Positions 34,443 to 46,700 are shown, counted from the first letter of the stretch. The stretch is 64,000 bases of DNA from Mayamaea pseudoterrestris (GCA_027923505.1 BROI01000010.1:1-64000); one strand, 5' to 3'. Notes: generated from the sequence alone by a model not told the origin. Program-made: numbers and translations.

Positions 34443-36976
34443 TTAAAAGTCGTCCCAACCGTCATCAACATCATCCTCCACGGATAGCTTCGTGACGGCG
34501 AGTTTGGCAACGACTGGCTTTGTGGAGACAATCGATTTTGACGGAATGGCAAGCTTTCCTTTTGGCGCGGAGGATAATCTTGCAGCTGGTTTGGCAGGCT
34601 TCATGTCCAATGCGTTGAATATGTCGTCCTCGCTAATTTGCGTTTGAGCAGCGCCAAAAAGTTGACTAGTACCGCCACTCGCTGCTTGGACCGAGGCACC
34701 ATCATGATGATTAAAGCTGTCATTCATCATGCCGCTGTCGTTGCCCCAGCCGTCTCCATCTGAGCCCACATCGTCCTCTTCTTCCCATCCGACATCGACA
34801 ACAGCTGGTCGCGTTAGAGCAGGCCCAGTAGACGCAATCGGCGCAGATGAAGTTTGTACGATTGGCGCTCGTTGTGGAACGGTAGGTGCGGCAGCCGTAG
34901 CTGGATCTGTCGTCGGCTTGGCTGATGACGTCATCCAAGAGGAAAGTCCCGACAAGTAACCACCTGACGACGGGGCCTGCTGCTGTTGCTGCTGCGAAGC
35001 CATGGGCGCGGAACTAGGTGCCTGTGGAGGCGCCACAGCTGATCTCACCGGAGCCGCATTGTTGGGAACAAACCCAACGCTATATGTCGGCGCATTTATT
35101 GGCACTTCATCTGGTTGCGCAGGCATTTTCTCGCCCTCCTGACGAATTATGAATAATAAGTCATCCACCACCTGAAAGCACTCTCGTCGTACGTCAATGC
35201 TTGCATCCAGCAAATAAGGAGTCAACGCTGGAAGCACCTTGCCGGCAATTGAAGGCGGATCAAAGTATTGCTTAACCTTGTTGGCAAATCGAAGTGCCTC
35301 GAGTCGGCAAGGTGCAAATGGATCCTTCATGGAGCGCACAAATGCAGGCAGCAGCAGCTTGTTGCGACCAATGTCCGTCAAAAACGGCGCCAGCTTGCCA
35401 AAGTAAATAATGGTATTTGTTCGTATGGCAGCCTCATTGTCTGTCTGGAGTCGCACGAGATAGCGCGACAGCTTTTCGAGATTCGGGTGAGTCAGTTTGG
35501 GAAGCAAGACGAGCGTCGCCTTCAACGTCAACTCTCTTAACGCAGCACTGACGTCCGAGAATCCGCTGCACATTGGTTCAAATACAGCTTGGTTTAACGT
35601 GTTTGAATCCAGATTTTCAGCCAACAATTCTGCCTTCTGGAGCATATTGCCACGAATGCCGCGATCGTGGATCTGGAAAAGTAGCCCAGTAATTGCTCCG
35701 AGCTCGTTACTGAAAGAGTTACCAACCAGATATGTCTGCCCAACATAGTAAAGAGGCGACAAAATGACCAGGACTGGAATCGAGTAGAGTAAGTAGATAA
35801 TCAAGTGAGTTCATAAGATACAATATAGTCATCTGAACGTCAGGCAGGCACTTGCGAAACAGGCCAGTCATCTTTACAACACGTACCCTCCTTCCGATAT
35901 ACCTCCTGCTGCTTCAAAACGTCGCTCGTACAAACTGTCATTATACTCGCCTTCATCATGGGTAGTAGCTTATGCATGACGACTGGATCCGGAATGAGTT
36001 TGGCCTGCAGCTGCGGCAATAACGTTTGCCAGAACGCAATCTTTTCCTCCACCGGCTGCACTGCCAAAGTTTCCAACTGCAGCTGCAACTTTTGATAGGG
36101 TGTCTCAAAGATTGGGCAATTCAAAAGTGGTTGCAGCCGTGGTCGCATGCGAATATTTGGAGTCTGCATGCGCTGCACCGCCTTGACAAGTGGGGCTGGC
36201 AAATGATTGTTGAAAAAATGCTGCATCAACACACTCACGCCATACGAGTCCATGGCATGGACAGAGCTTGCAACTTCCGTGTAGCGCTTTTCGACGCGTT
36301 CTGGACTCCGATATGATTGTGGCGTCAGTAATGCTTCATAGTCGATGAAGTGCTGTGGCAACTGCTGCGGCTGCTGTCCATCCGCTCCAATGATGCACGC
36401 CAGTGAAAAGTTCCAAAGCTTGACATCACCAGCTGGAGTGACATAGAATGATTCCGGCGAAACATTACCATGCGACAAGTTGGCAGACGCATGCAAAAAG
36501 TGCAAGCTTCGAACCACGCACTCCAATCCCCACGCCACTTGCTCGAGCGGAGGCGAGGACGCTAGCCACGTTGCCAGTGTCACGCATGGTTCCGTGACAA
36601 TCAAGTATTCACCAGCTTCACTGTAGGCTGCTTGAATCTGCGATGCAATACTGGAAGTACTAGACACAGCAGTAGCAGGATTGTTGTTTGCATCGCTTGG
36701 ATGATCGGTATCAAGCGTCGCATAGACTGCCAAAATGTATGGATGACGCAGCTTTTTGCAATTCATAAAGTGATGCACTGCCGGCGTCAGTTCCATCAAG
36801 TTTGGATTCTTGCTGCGATCCACTGGAGTCTTGGCTAATACAGCTTTTTTAGCGGTAAAGACGGAAACGTTGGCGCCATCCGACTTGCGCGCTCCCTCGC
36901 TGAGCGCCCAGCCGTGGTTCACCGAAGAAACTTGTTTGCCAATCGTGTAGGGAAGGGACGACGCAGAGTTTCCCAT
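34443..36976 (-). CDS. SCYL1: SCY1-like pseudokinase with HEAT repeats, 2 exons (intron 35886-35774)
   Basis: MGN myristoylation-like start, KKLRHPYIL, HGNVSPES, GFSD...LRELTLK, D...AIRTNT, DPFAPCR and an acidic WDDF tail. Confidence 0.88.
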
Positions 36977-37398
36977 GATTTCTTTTCGATAACTTAATGC
37001 CTACAAGATGTATGAGTTAACTGAGAGTCGCAGGTATGTAAAGCAGGAGAGGGAATGGCAGCGCGTTAGCTGTCGCTAGCGACTCGTCCATGTGCTTTTG
37101 TCATGGTGGTTTCTGGTCGTGACGAATGACCCTCGGCGAGTGTCGTATCGGCAATAAAATTGTTCGTATTCATAATGAAAGTGATTTCGCAACGGGTATC
37201 TTTGCTTCAAAAATTTTCGACGCCAGCCGGCCGTCGTTGCTTCGACGTGACAGTTCTCGACCATGGCGAAGGATCCGAGCGTCGTCCAGATTGAGACTAT
37301 CGAGACGACTACGTAGTAACGGTAGCAGATTGCATATAGGAGAGAAATTTTGGTCACGTCAATCTTGCAATTAGCAAAATCCAATCAGCGTTTCAGTC

Positions 37399-39396
37399 AT
37401 GGTAAACCCAATGAACTGTGAAACAAATTCCATCGAAACGGCAGACGAAGCAAACAACGCCGTCGAACTTGAATTGGCATCTTCGCCTCCATCGGAGCAT
37501 CGTCAGAGAGGGAGTTATTTTCGTCATCAAACGGATCCAGTCATGCAGGATCCAGTCATTTACGTTCAAATTGATCGACCCAGTCACAAGAATGCAAGTG
37601 TCGACTACAAGTATACACAATGCAATGACAGCTGCTGCAGTGCGAAACAGCCGCAACAATATCATGCTACGTCGTTTAATGAAAGCGAAGTCTTTTTGCT
37701 AGAAGAAATGAAGGCATTGGATGAGCCGCATGAAACGGAAGTTGTCAAATCTTCGTCACTCTGCATCGCTACAAAGTCAGCAGTCGCAACGAGCGACCAC
37801 CGCAATCGGCAGTTTGCCTCGCGAAGCACTACAACCTGCGTCACGGAATGGCTCGGCCCGCAGGACGATGACGACGACGGGAATCACTACCGACTGGCTT
37901 CACTCAGCTCACTTTTGAATAACAATAGACTTAGAAGGCGTAACAATTCACGTGACGACGACTCTGACACGGATTCAGTCACACCCTACTTTTCACCGTC
38001 CGACTTTCAAAAGGTCCATTGGACGAGGACATTACAGTCGCATGTCACGGCGCCAAACGTTGGCGTTGCCATACTGGCAGTCATGACAGCCGTGACGCAT
38101 CCGTGGCTCTTTCTCGTCGGTGCGCTCACGGCGCAGGCGGCTGGAGCAGGCTACAAATACTACTATCCAAAGGATGATCACGATGACGCGACAGCTGCAC
38201 AAGGCAGTGGTGAGGTAAAGAAACCAAGGGCAATTCGGTGGTTATGCGGGCATGCTCATGATAGTGCGCTGGACATGAATGATGAAGGTTTGCCCTTGGA
38301 GGAGGAAGGTCGCGACGAGGCGGCATACAATGCTAGTGAAGCTGTCAAGAGAGATGACTTGGAAAGGATAGATGGTATCCTTGCGTCACCAGTCAATCAA
38401 ACACATCACCATGTCGTCCAGCAGGAAATATCAGACGAGGACTGGATCAACATGCATTATCCTCCGCTTAGTACCAACTTAATTTGCAACGAGGCGGGCG
38501 AACGCTTCGTTGGGCTCAACGTCATTGAGTTCTTCAGCGTCTTTTATGCGGATGATGCCCCATACAACTTTATCGACTGTCAACGGAAGCGAGGCGATGT
38601 GGACATTTGCTACGGACAATGGAAGGATGTTGCTTCGAATGATGTCGTGGCAGCTGCATGCACCTCGCTGCATCCTGCAAGTGCGACAGTTGATCGGCAG
38701 AGACTGGATTGCAACTACAGAATAGCCATTGAATCCATGCAGGAACGATCAATATCGTTCAAGGCCAAGACGCATTCGTTGCTAGGGCCTCCATTCGCGT
38801 CGACAACCAAAACGCAGCGGTATATCGTCCTCTCCAAGCGTTTAGCGATCCTTGAATCGAAAACCACTTTTGCGGATATTCCATTCAACGACCGATTCTG
38901 TGTCGTGGAGCGATGGCTTGTTCGAGCCGAAAAGGAAGAGTCTGAGCCTATCTGCATGCCGAGTGTTATACTTGTTGGCGAGAATCAACTACCTCAGCAG
39001 CGATACACTTGCGTCGTCAAGGCAAGCTGCGACGTTGTTTTTGTGCAATCTTGTCCGTTCGAATATCAAATTAAACGTCAAGCGTCTAGCACACTTGTGG
39101 AAGTTTCACAGGCATGGTGCGCCATGGCGCAGGAGGGACTGAAGCTGGCAGAGCAAGCCAAGAGCGATCGACTACTGCGCGCCGATGGACAAGGATCGAG
39201 CACCGACGAGAGCGAAGCAGCTGCTGAAGCATCAATTAGTAATGAAGGCGGTATTGAGGTTGATTATGTACCACATCATGCACCGAAATTGGACGCCGTC
39301 GCCATGACGCCATTGGCACGACTGTCTAATGCTCTGCGATGGCCACTCGGTTCAACGCAAGGCAGCAACTCATTACTAGCACCGGCTGCTTTGTGA
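37399..39396 (+). CDS. VASt (StARkin) lipid-transfer domain protein with a hydrophobic membrane segment
   Basis: FFSVFYADDA, RGDVDI..GQW, RSISF and DIPFNDRFCVVERW resemble the VASt domain. The hydrophobic stretch VGVAILAVMTAVTHPWLFLVGAL lies upstream of it. Confidence 0.75.
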   Translation: MVNPMNCETNSIETADEANNAVELELASSPPSEHRQRGSYFRHQTDPVMQDPVIYVQIDRPSHKNASVDYKYTQCNDSCCSAKQPQQYHATSFNESEVFLLEEMKALDEPHETEVVKSSSLCIATKSAVATSDHRNRQFASRSTTTCVTEWLGPQDDDDDGNHYRLASLSSLLNNNRLRRRNNSRDDDSDTDSVTPYFSPSDFQKVHWTRTLQSHVTAPNVGVAILAVMTAVTHPWLFLVGALTAQAAGAGYKYYYPKDDHDDATAAQGSGEVKKPRAIRWLCGHAHDSALDMNDEGLPLEEEGRDEAAYNASEAVKRDDLERIDGILASPVNQTHHHVVQQEISDEDWINMHYPPLSTNLICNEAGERFVGLNVIEFFSVFYADDAPYNFIDCQRKRGDVDICYGQWKDVASNDVVAAACTSLHPASATVDRQRLDCNYRIAIESMQERSISFKAKTHSLLGPPFASTTKTQRYIVLSKRLAILESKTTFADIPFNDRFCVVERWLVRAEKEESEPICMPSVILVGENQLPQQRYTCVVKASCDVVFVQSCPFEYQIKRQASSTLVEVSQAWCAMAQEGLKLAEQAKSDRLLRADGQGSSTDESEAAAEASISNEGGIEVDYVPHHAPKLDAVAMTPLARLSNALRWPLGSTQGSNSLLAPAAL

Positions 39397-39649
39397 GCTT
39401 CGCGAATTGAACTGTTTCCTGTTTGGGGCGCACACTTCTGTTTTAGATTACTGCCGAAAGAACCACTTTTTCGTCAGTTGCAATTTTGTTGTCGACGTGA
39501 CATGACGTGTTGTTAAGTATGCGAAAACACACTCGTCACATTTTACGAAACAGTAACTATAGTTTGAATCCAATAAGAATTTATTACAGCGTGTGGTTAA
39601 AGACTACAGTCTCGTGGAATCATGCAGGTAGGTAGGTCGTCCGCATAAT

Positions 39650-41179
39650 TTATTTGTCGTTGAGGGCGGCAACGCCTGGAAGGACCTTGCCCTCCAATAG
39701 TTCTAGGGAAGCACCTCCTCCCGTGGAAATGTGAGACATGTCTCCGGCACGTCCAGATTGCTCAGTGGCGGCAACAGAGTCACCTCCTCCGATGATGGTG
39801 ATGGCACCCTTTTCCTTGGTCAAGTCGGCGAGGATGTTGACAATTCCCAATGTTCCGGCTGCGAACTTTTCGAACTCGAACACTCCCATTGGTCCGTTCA
39901 TGCTGTGTAGTAGTAAAAAAGAAAGGTTTGTAAGATCAGCAAAACCTGCAACAACAATCAATTAGTTAGCCACACGCCGCTCAAGAACTTACATGACAGT
40001 CTTGCAGTCGCTGAGTGCCTCCTTTTGTTGGGCGGTCGTCTCCGGACCGTTGTCAAGTCCCATCCAGCCATCCGGAATGGCATCCACCGGGACAACCTTG
40101 GACTCCGCATCCGGGGCAAACTTGTCGGCAATGACAATGTCAATTGGCAACAGGATTTCCTTTCCAAGTTTTTCGGCCTTGGCCAAAACATCCTTGGCAG
40201 TCTGAACGTAGTCGTCCTCGACAAGGGACGAACCAACTCCAAGACCCTTGGCCTTCAAGAAGGTGAAGACCATGCCTCCTCCAATGATGATCTTGTCGCA
40301 CTTGTCAAGAAGGGCCTCAAGGACGGTAATTTTGGATGAAACCTTGGATCCACCAACAATGGCAGCCATGGGCTTCTTTCCGTTCTTGACGGCTCCATCA
40401 AGGTACTCGAGTTCCTTGGCAAGCAAGAAACCAGATACTGACGGTTGAAGGAACTTGGTGACACCTTCCGTGGAGGCATGGGCGCGGTGGGCAGTGCCGA
40501 AGGCGTCGTTGACGAACAGGTCAAACGGAGCGGCAAGCTTTTCAACGAATCCAGGCTCGTTCTTGGTCTCCTCCTTGTAGAAACGAGTGTTTTCAAGCAT
40601 AATGACATCACCCTCCTTGGCGGCATCAACAATCTTGGTGACCTCCTCACCAATGCAGTCTGGTGCGAGTGTGACAGTCTGTCCGAGAAGCTCGCCCATG
40701 CGGTCCGCGCAAGGAGCAAGGGAGAACTTGTCCTCTGGTCCGTCCTTGGGGCGTCCCAAGTGCGAGCAGACGGAAACGATCGCTCCCTTCTTTGTCAAGT
40801 ATTGAATGGTGGGAATGCAGGCGCGGATGCGCGTGTCGTCCGTGATGGTCTTGCCGTCGAGTGGAACGTTAACGTCACATCGGATAAGCACCTTCTTGCC
40901 CTTGAGTTCGGCGTCACTGAGGTCTTCAATGGATTTCTTGGCCTCGAGCTCGAACACAGAGTCAAAGGTTGGGACGCGGACACTCAATTGAGGGCCTGAC
41001 GACGAGAATGTGCGTTAGAATGGAATTGCAAGAAAGATTCACAAATCTTGACGACGCGCAGGTTGACGTGCGCGCAAAGGATTCACTCCTCCAATTCCAG
41101 ACTTACGGACAGGCGCAAAGGCGCTGACAGATGCACTGGATGCAGCAAGGGCGACGAGGAAGGCTTGGGAGAACTTCAT
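39650..41179 (-). CDS. PGK: Plastid phosphoglycerate kinase, 3 exons (41179-41107, 40995-39993, 39902-39650)
   Basis: Presequence [55 protein letters not shown] and [13 protein letters not shown]. Confidence 0.97.
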
Positions 41180-41302
41180 GATGGTCAATTGAATGGTTTA
41201 CAAGTGAGATGGAGACGAAAGATGTGAGGGGTTGCAGTCCGAAAGAAAAAATCGGCGTCGTGCGTACGCCTCCGCCGCGCCGCGCGCAGTCAGCTAGCCG
41301 CG

Positions 41303-41323
41303 ACGTCATCAGATCGATGACGT
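41303..41323. promoter_or_regulatory. Inverted pair of ATGACGT bZIP-type motifs in the PGK/GRWD1 divergent promoter
   Basis: ACGTCATC-AGATC-GATGACGT: 8-bp perfect arms with a 5-bp spacer, inside a 263-bp intergenic region. Confidence 0.4.
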
Positions 41324-41442
41324 ACCATATGTCGAGTCCGAACGGTAGTCACATTCTATCGAGCGCGTCTGACCATCGACCGCTTGGAGAGGATGAACGC
41401 CATTCAACGTTTTGTTCTTCCTTCCTTCATTGATCTGTCACC

Positions 41443-42960
41443 ATGGGAAAGAAAACCAAGCGAAATCGTCCCGCCAAGGCGGAGAATGGCGAATCAAAGT
41501 CCAAATCGTCTTTAGCTCCAGCTCTTCGAGAAGCAGAGGAAGAAACCAAGGACAATTTGCGTTTCGAAGATCCGTTTCCAGAAATTGTCGCCGAAGACGA
41601 TGATGACGAGCAATGGGAAGACGCCGACGATGGTGACGACGAGCAAGGCGATGTAGGCCATGATGGAGACGGCATGGAAGTGATCCAATCCTGGAATCCT
41701 CTCACTGGCGAGCACTTAGAACCTGGAAAGCTTGAAATGGATCCGTCCGCATATAAAATGGTTCACTTTTTAACGGGCGAATGGCCGTCACTTTCGTTTG
41801 ACTTTATACGAGACGATTTGGGCGACGCTCGCACCAAGTTTCCACATTCACTCATTGCCGCTATCGGAACGCAAGCAGAACGAGCTGGACAAAACAGTTT
41901 GACTGTTATGAAATTAGCCGACTTGAGCAAGGTGCAGCAGCAAACCGACGACGACATTTTGGGCGAGGAATATGACCCCGAAAAGGATGATGATTCTGAT
42001 GACGAAGAGTCTGACGACGAAGTCGACTTGGATCCAATCATGGAACACTACTCGATACCGCACTATGGAGGCGTCAATCGTGTTCGGTGCATGCCGCAGC
42101 GAACGGAAATTGTTGCAACTTGGAGTGACCAAGGGACGGTCAACCTGTTCAATGTTTCTTCCATATTGCAGCGATTTTCAACGTCAGAAGGCAAAACGAC
42201 TAAAATGAATGACATTCCAAAGAAACCCTTCTTCTCGTACAAGGGTCACTCCACGGAAGGTTATGCACTCGACTGGTCCCTTCAAAAGCAAGGCTTGCTT
42301 GCATCGGGCGACTGCTCCGGAAGCATCCACCTTTGGAACCCACGCGAGGAAGGCAGCTACGCCGTCTCTAGCTTTTACGAAAGCAGCGATACAACCGATC
42401 GATTTGTTGACGTGAGTCCATCTGTGGAAGATTTGCAGTGGAGTCCGACGGAAGCGACCGTCTTTGGCGCTGCCGAATGCGGCGGCTACATTCGCATCTT
42501 TGACACGCGAGCGCCCCACAAGGCCATGCTTGGTCACAAGATTCATGCGAATGGAGCCGATGTCAATGTCTTGTCGTGGAATCGACTCGTTTCCAATTTA
42601 CTGGCCACTGGTGGTGATGATGGAACTCTTTCCGTGTGGGACCTTCGTCACTTTAGCAAGGAGAGTCCCGATCCACTGGCGCGCTTCACCGTTCACAAGA
42701 CACCCATTACATCCGTGGAATGGCATCCAACGGATGAAAGCATGTTGGCTGCCAGTGACGATAGCGGCGCCTACGTTTACGACTTGTCGGTCGAGGAGGA
42801 TGCCACCACCACCAAGGATTTGGAGATTCCTCCGCAACTGTTATTCGTCCACTGCGGAAGCGAGCAGTTCAAGGAGGTGCACTGGCATCCGCAAATTTCA
42901 AGCTGCCTCATGGCGACGGCACTTTCGGGTTATTCAGTGTTTATACCGTCAAACTTGTAA
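41443..42960 (+). CDS. GRWD1: Glutamate-rich WD40 ribosome-assembly protein GRWD1/RRB1
   Basis: Acidic N-terminus, DPSAYKM..EWPSLSFD, GGVNRVR, EGYALDWS, SVEDLQWSPTE and IPPQLLFVH. Confidence 0.93.
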   Translation: MGKKTKRNRPAKAENGESKSKSSLAPALREAEEETKDNLRFEDPFPEIVAEDDDDEQWEDADDGDDEQGDVGHDGDGMEVIQSWNPLTGEHLEPGKLEMDPSAYKMVHFLTGEWPSLSFDFIRDDLGDARTKFPHSLIAAIGTQAERAGQNSLTVMKLADLSKVQQQTDDDILGEEYDPEKDDDSDDEESDDEVDLDPIMEHYSIPHYGGVNRVRCMPQRTEIVATWSDQGTVNLFNVSSILQRFSTSEGKTTKMNDIPKKPFFSYKGHSTEGYALDWSLQKQGLLASGDCSGSIHLWNPREEGSYAVSSFYESSDTTDRFVDVSPSVEDLQWSPTEATVFGAAECGGYIRIFDTRAPHKAMLGHKIHANGADVNVLSWNRLVSNLLATGGDDGTLSVWDLRHFSKESPDPLARFTVHKTPITSVEWHPTDESMLAASDDSGAYVYDLSVEEDATTTKDLEIPPQLLFVHCGSEQFKEVHWHPQISSCLMATALSGYSVFIPSNL

Positions 42961-43144
42961 TTGTCTAGCTACTATGATTTTGTTACTGTATGTGGAGTAT
43001 GTGTCAATGTAAAAACGTTTTCTCTCTAAGTTATTAAGATGATTCACTAGTCTGCAGTTGCTCGGAACGATTTCAAGCAACGCGAAAGCCTTTATCGGCT
43101 ACACTCACACATTCACATATAGTGGGCACTCCAAATTGCCTGCA

Positions 43145-44341
43145 TTAGAGGTTGTTGTCATTGTCCTTTTGTTTGCCTTGCTCGTAATGATGCTGCTTGT
43201 GAAACTGCTGTTGATGTTGCTGCTGATACTGCTGCTGTTGCTGCTGCTGGTACTTCAAAATGGCATCGTACGCCTTGCGGCGCGAGTCGTCAGCCACGTT
43301 GGGACTATCCAAAGCAATAGTTTCGGCGCCGCCAACGTGATCCAATCGCTGCCCAATGGCTCGCAGCCGTCCCATTTCCACCGCCGACGCCAAGGTATCA
43401 TTGGGAGGAAGGGACGAGTACTGATTCACTGATGCACGATCATGTCGCGGAGACGCTGCCAAGTGCTGCTGTTGCTGCTGCTGCTGCTGCAGCAAATTGG
43501 CAAGCACGCGATCAATGTTCACCTGCGAAAGCTGCGACTGTAAATCCCGCTGGCGGTGCTGCTGCATATTGTCCTGACTGCTGCTGCTAGTGCATCCATT
43601 CACATTGCTGCCACTCCTGTTGCTATTCCCAAAGAGTCCATAGTCCTGCGCCGAGAGTGCCGTGTTGTGAAACAAGTTTCCACTGGCCCGACGTGAATGC
43701 TGCGACGCCAAGAAGCGATGAATGGCCGAGTCGTTGCTGCTGCTGGCGCTGTGGGAGCTCATCATGTCTCCGGCGGCATTAGATACATTGGCGGCGTTTC
43801 CTCCACCAAACAAGTGTGATTGCTGCTGCTGCTGTGACGATGACAATGATCCGTTGTTGGAACCATTGGCAGCAGCAGCGTTACTATTGTTCGTCCGCAG
43901 CATGACAATGGTAGCATTGGCCACCGCCAAGTCCGACTCCAATTGCTGCACCTGCGTCGTCAGTGACTCGTTGACGAGGCGATAAACTTGGTTGCGCTTC
44001 ATCAAGTCGGACACTTGCTGCTCGAGCGACTCCATCAGCACCTTCTTGCGCTTGCGGCGAGCCCGCGCCGACTCGCGGTTCATGTGGAGGCGCTTGAGTT
44101 TGCGTGACTGGCCGTCGCCGTGTGTTTGATTGTGATGCTCCTGCTGCTGCTCGTCGCCAGTACTAACGACACCATGGTCGTCGTCGTCATGGTCGTCCAT
44201 GTCATTGTCGTCCGTGTCGTTGTTGTGTCTTTCACTGTCGTCCGACTCCTTGTCGTCAATCTCGGCTGGATGTTTGGAGTTGTTGTTCATGTTCATATTG
44301 TTATTATTATTGTCTGGGGCGCTGCCGTTGTCTCTGTTCAT
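43145..44341 (-). CDS. bZIP transcription factor with poly-Q/N tracts
   Basis: Basic region KRLHMNRESARARRKRKK followed by heptad leucines (LEQQVSDLMKRNQVYRLVNESLTTQVQQLESDL). The start is chosen at MNRDNG and is uncertain. Confidence 0.88.
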   Translation of the reverse strand: MNRDNGSAPDNNNNNMNMNNNSKHPAEIDDKESDDSERHNNDTDDNDMDDHDDDDHGVVSTGDEQQQEHHNQTHGDGQSRKLKRLHMNRESARARRKRKKVLMESLEQQVSDLMKRNQVYRLVNESLTTQVQQLESDLAVANATIVMLRTNNSNAAAANGSNNGSLSSSQQQQQSHLFGGGNAANVSNAAGDMMSSHSASSSNDSAIHRFLASQHSRRASGNLFHNTALSAQDYGLFGNSNRSGSNVNGCTSSSSQDNMQQHRQRDLQSQLSQVNIDRVLANLLQQQQQQQQHLAASPRHDRASVNQYSSLPPNDTLASAVEMGRLRAIGQRLDHVGGAETIALDSPNVADDSRRKAYDAILKYQQQQQQQYQQQHQQQFHKQHHYEQGKQKDNDNNL

Positions 44342-46276
44342 CTTATGTTGCTTGGTTTGCGTTGCGCTGAATTTGTGAAGTCGAAAGTGTGGTTTGCCAA
44401 TCTCTGGAGTCTGATGTTCGCCACGATTGCTGAGCAGATGCACACAAGCCGCCAAATATTTCTCGAGGATTCGATAGTCAAAATCAACCGTGATTCGTGA
44501 TCCTCTTGCTTGCATATAGACGTTGTTGTCGACAAGCCTTGACGAAGCGGAACGAAAACAAAAAGCACGATTATTTATCCGTCGCGGCGTCGACCTTCCA
44601 GCGTGACATACTCTGATGCGTTCGCTATTATTCGGTTTCGACGCACTCGCGGTTGATTCAGTCAATCACACATGAATGGGGAGTACTGGATCCTGATCTT
44701 TCTTTTCTGAGCCACGTGCGTCGGGGCTTTAGTAAGCGTGAGGTGATGACATGCTCTTCTCTGTCATTTCATTATTGCCTCATGGCGAGGAACAGAATGC
44801 GGCCATACCTCGACTTTCGAAGAAAACAGGGCAAAGCAAGTTGTTATGGTGCTCCGTTACGACTGCAGTTATCAAACGGCGCATCCCTTCTCCTGACTTA
44901 CGCCCATGTGACGCAACATGGAGGTTGAGGAAACGCTGTATGCAGGATTGTCAAGGACAAAGATTCAACCGATATGAGCCATGGGGATGCAACGCGCGTC
45001 GCCAGCGACGGAAGCGCGATAACAACTCGCGGCAAACACATGCGCGGACTTACTCACCTTGCTGCCGGAACTTTTTAATCGCTCAACGCTTCACATTGAC
45101 GACGACGAACACTTCGGAATAGGTGAATAAAGGAAACGACAGCTGCTGGTCAATATATACAATTGCAACCGCGAACCATGGCGACGAAGCGAAATTCCTT
45201 TACTTTCGATTTTGTTGCAAACGCTGCATGCAGAATCTGATGGATCCTTTGGCGACGCCAACGTTACTCCTGTAGGACTTGCATGCAACCTCCCATGAGC
45301 ACCCCATTGACGCTGCATTTCGTCAACTAGCCATCTGCTTGGAACCCGTGCTGCTGCGTTGGTTCCGTTACGCAAACGCTGCATGCAGAAATCAGAAACT
45401 GCGTGATCCTCGACGGCGACAACGATGCTGCCATATCATCAACCGCACGACTTGCAAGCAATCTACATACAAGCAAGCTATTAACCCGTCTCTTTTCGAT
45501 GTCGCTCCTAACGCACTGCCATCTGCATGGAATGTATGCAGCGTTGTGATTCCTATGCAACCATCTGCTTGGCGCTTCCGAGTAGGAACAAGGTTGTCAG
45601 CCATGGCGACGATTTGCGACGGACCTGCAGAGCATGCAATCGTGGCTAACGATTCCTGTTTAGCTACGTGTGGGGTGCCTTGGTCGCTCCGCCTAGTGAG
45701 GTGTAGTGTGAATGCGATCGAACCGCGTCTTTACGTGAGCAAGTTCGACGAGACCTTGCCCTGCGTTTGGCGGGAGAACGAGTTTACTGTCATTAGTAAT
45801 TCGACTCAAGTATAGCAAACACATCACAATGCATACTCGCTCAAAAGCTGGGGTTTTCGTTAAACTTTGAAACGCGCACCTCTTTTTTCCCACCGCCGCC
45901 AAGGATCCTTTCTCGTCTTTTAAAGCGTACACTTGGACTCTAGCATTGATTTAAAACACTATAGATCTACTAAGTAAATGAAGCGGCATCGAACGGTGTA
46001 ATTGTTATTGTCATCGGAGCTATATTGGTCCCGCCGCGGCACCATTTTGGTCGCTTTGCATCCGTTTCTTCAAGTGCTTGCTTCCACTCCGTTTTGAGGC
46101 AATAATAGGAACAGTGTATAGTATAATATTGTGCTAATGTATGTTAGTTACATGACAAGAATCAGCTTGTTTGCCGCTCTCCCTGATCCAATTCCAAGGT
46201 CAATAATTTAGCCAAGCTTCGTTCTCTAAACATTGCCACATCCTCAATCATCAAGCTCCACTTCCCTCTTGACTCC

Positions 46277-46700
46277 CTAAGGCGGCTTTGGGACATGCCC
46301 ATCCACATAAAAGTTTATCGCCGCCTTGGGCAACTCCGATACTGCATTCTCCATTTCCGGTGATGACAATGACCTGACACCCAAGTTGACTCGTTTCAGT
46401 TAATCCAAATGCCATGTCCAGCATATCTTCTTCATATTCCAATAGTTCCGGTAGCTGATTGTAAATGCTTGCCGGAAATATCAAGTGGCAGGTGCTGCAG
46501 GCACAAACACCTTCGCAGGCGCCTTCCAAGTCCACGTCGTGGCGGTGTGCCATTTGTAGTAGTAACTCGCCAATCCGAGCTTCGACTGTTTTAATCGAGT
46601 CATTGGCAAGGCGAAAGGAAACTGTAATGGTGGGAGCATCGGCTCCAGGCCCGCCTCCGTGCCATCGAATGAAATGAACTGATGGTGATGGTAGTCATGA
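46277..46700 (-). pseudogene. FDX2: Mitochondrial adrenodoxin-type [2Fe-2S] ferredoxin pseudogene
   Basis: LEGACEGVCACSTCH, EEDMLDMAFGL and SQLGCQ. The canonical tail PEMEN...LPK..INFYVDGHVPKP* is in another frame (shift near 46362), and there is an in-frame TGA at ~46696-46698 in the presequence. Confidence 0.8.

Noticed and set aside
5283..43432. Numerous antisense and alternate-frame ORFs overlapping the called genes
   Set aside because: They are shadow ORFs of well-supported coding sequences and have no independent motifs.
44342..44665. N-terminal extension of the bZIP ORF
   Set aside because: The ORF-track start is a TTG and the translated text looks like UTR. The first convincing ATG is at 44341, although one at ~44515 cannot be excluded.
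45279..45815. 178-aa ORF upstream of the bZIP gene
   Set aside because: Non-ATG start, no recognisable domain, and it overlaps a short-repeat cluster.
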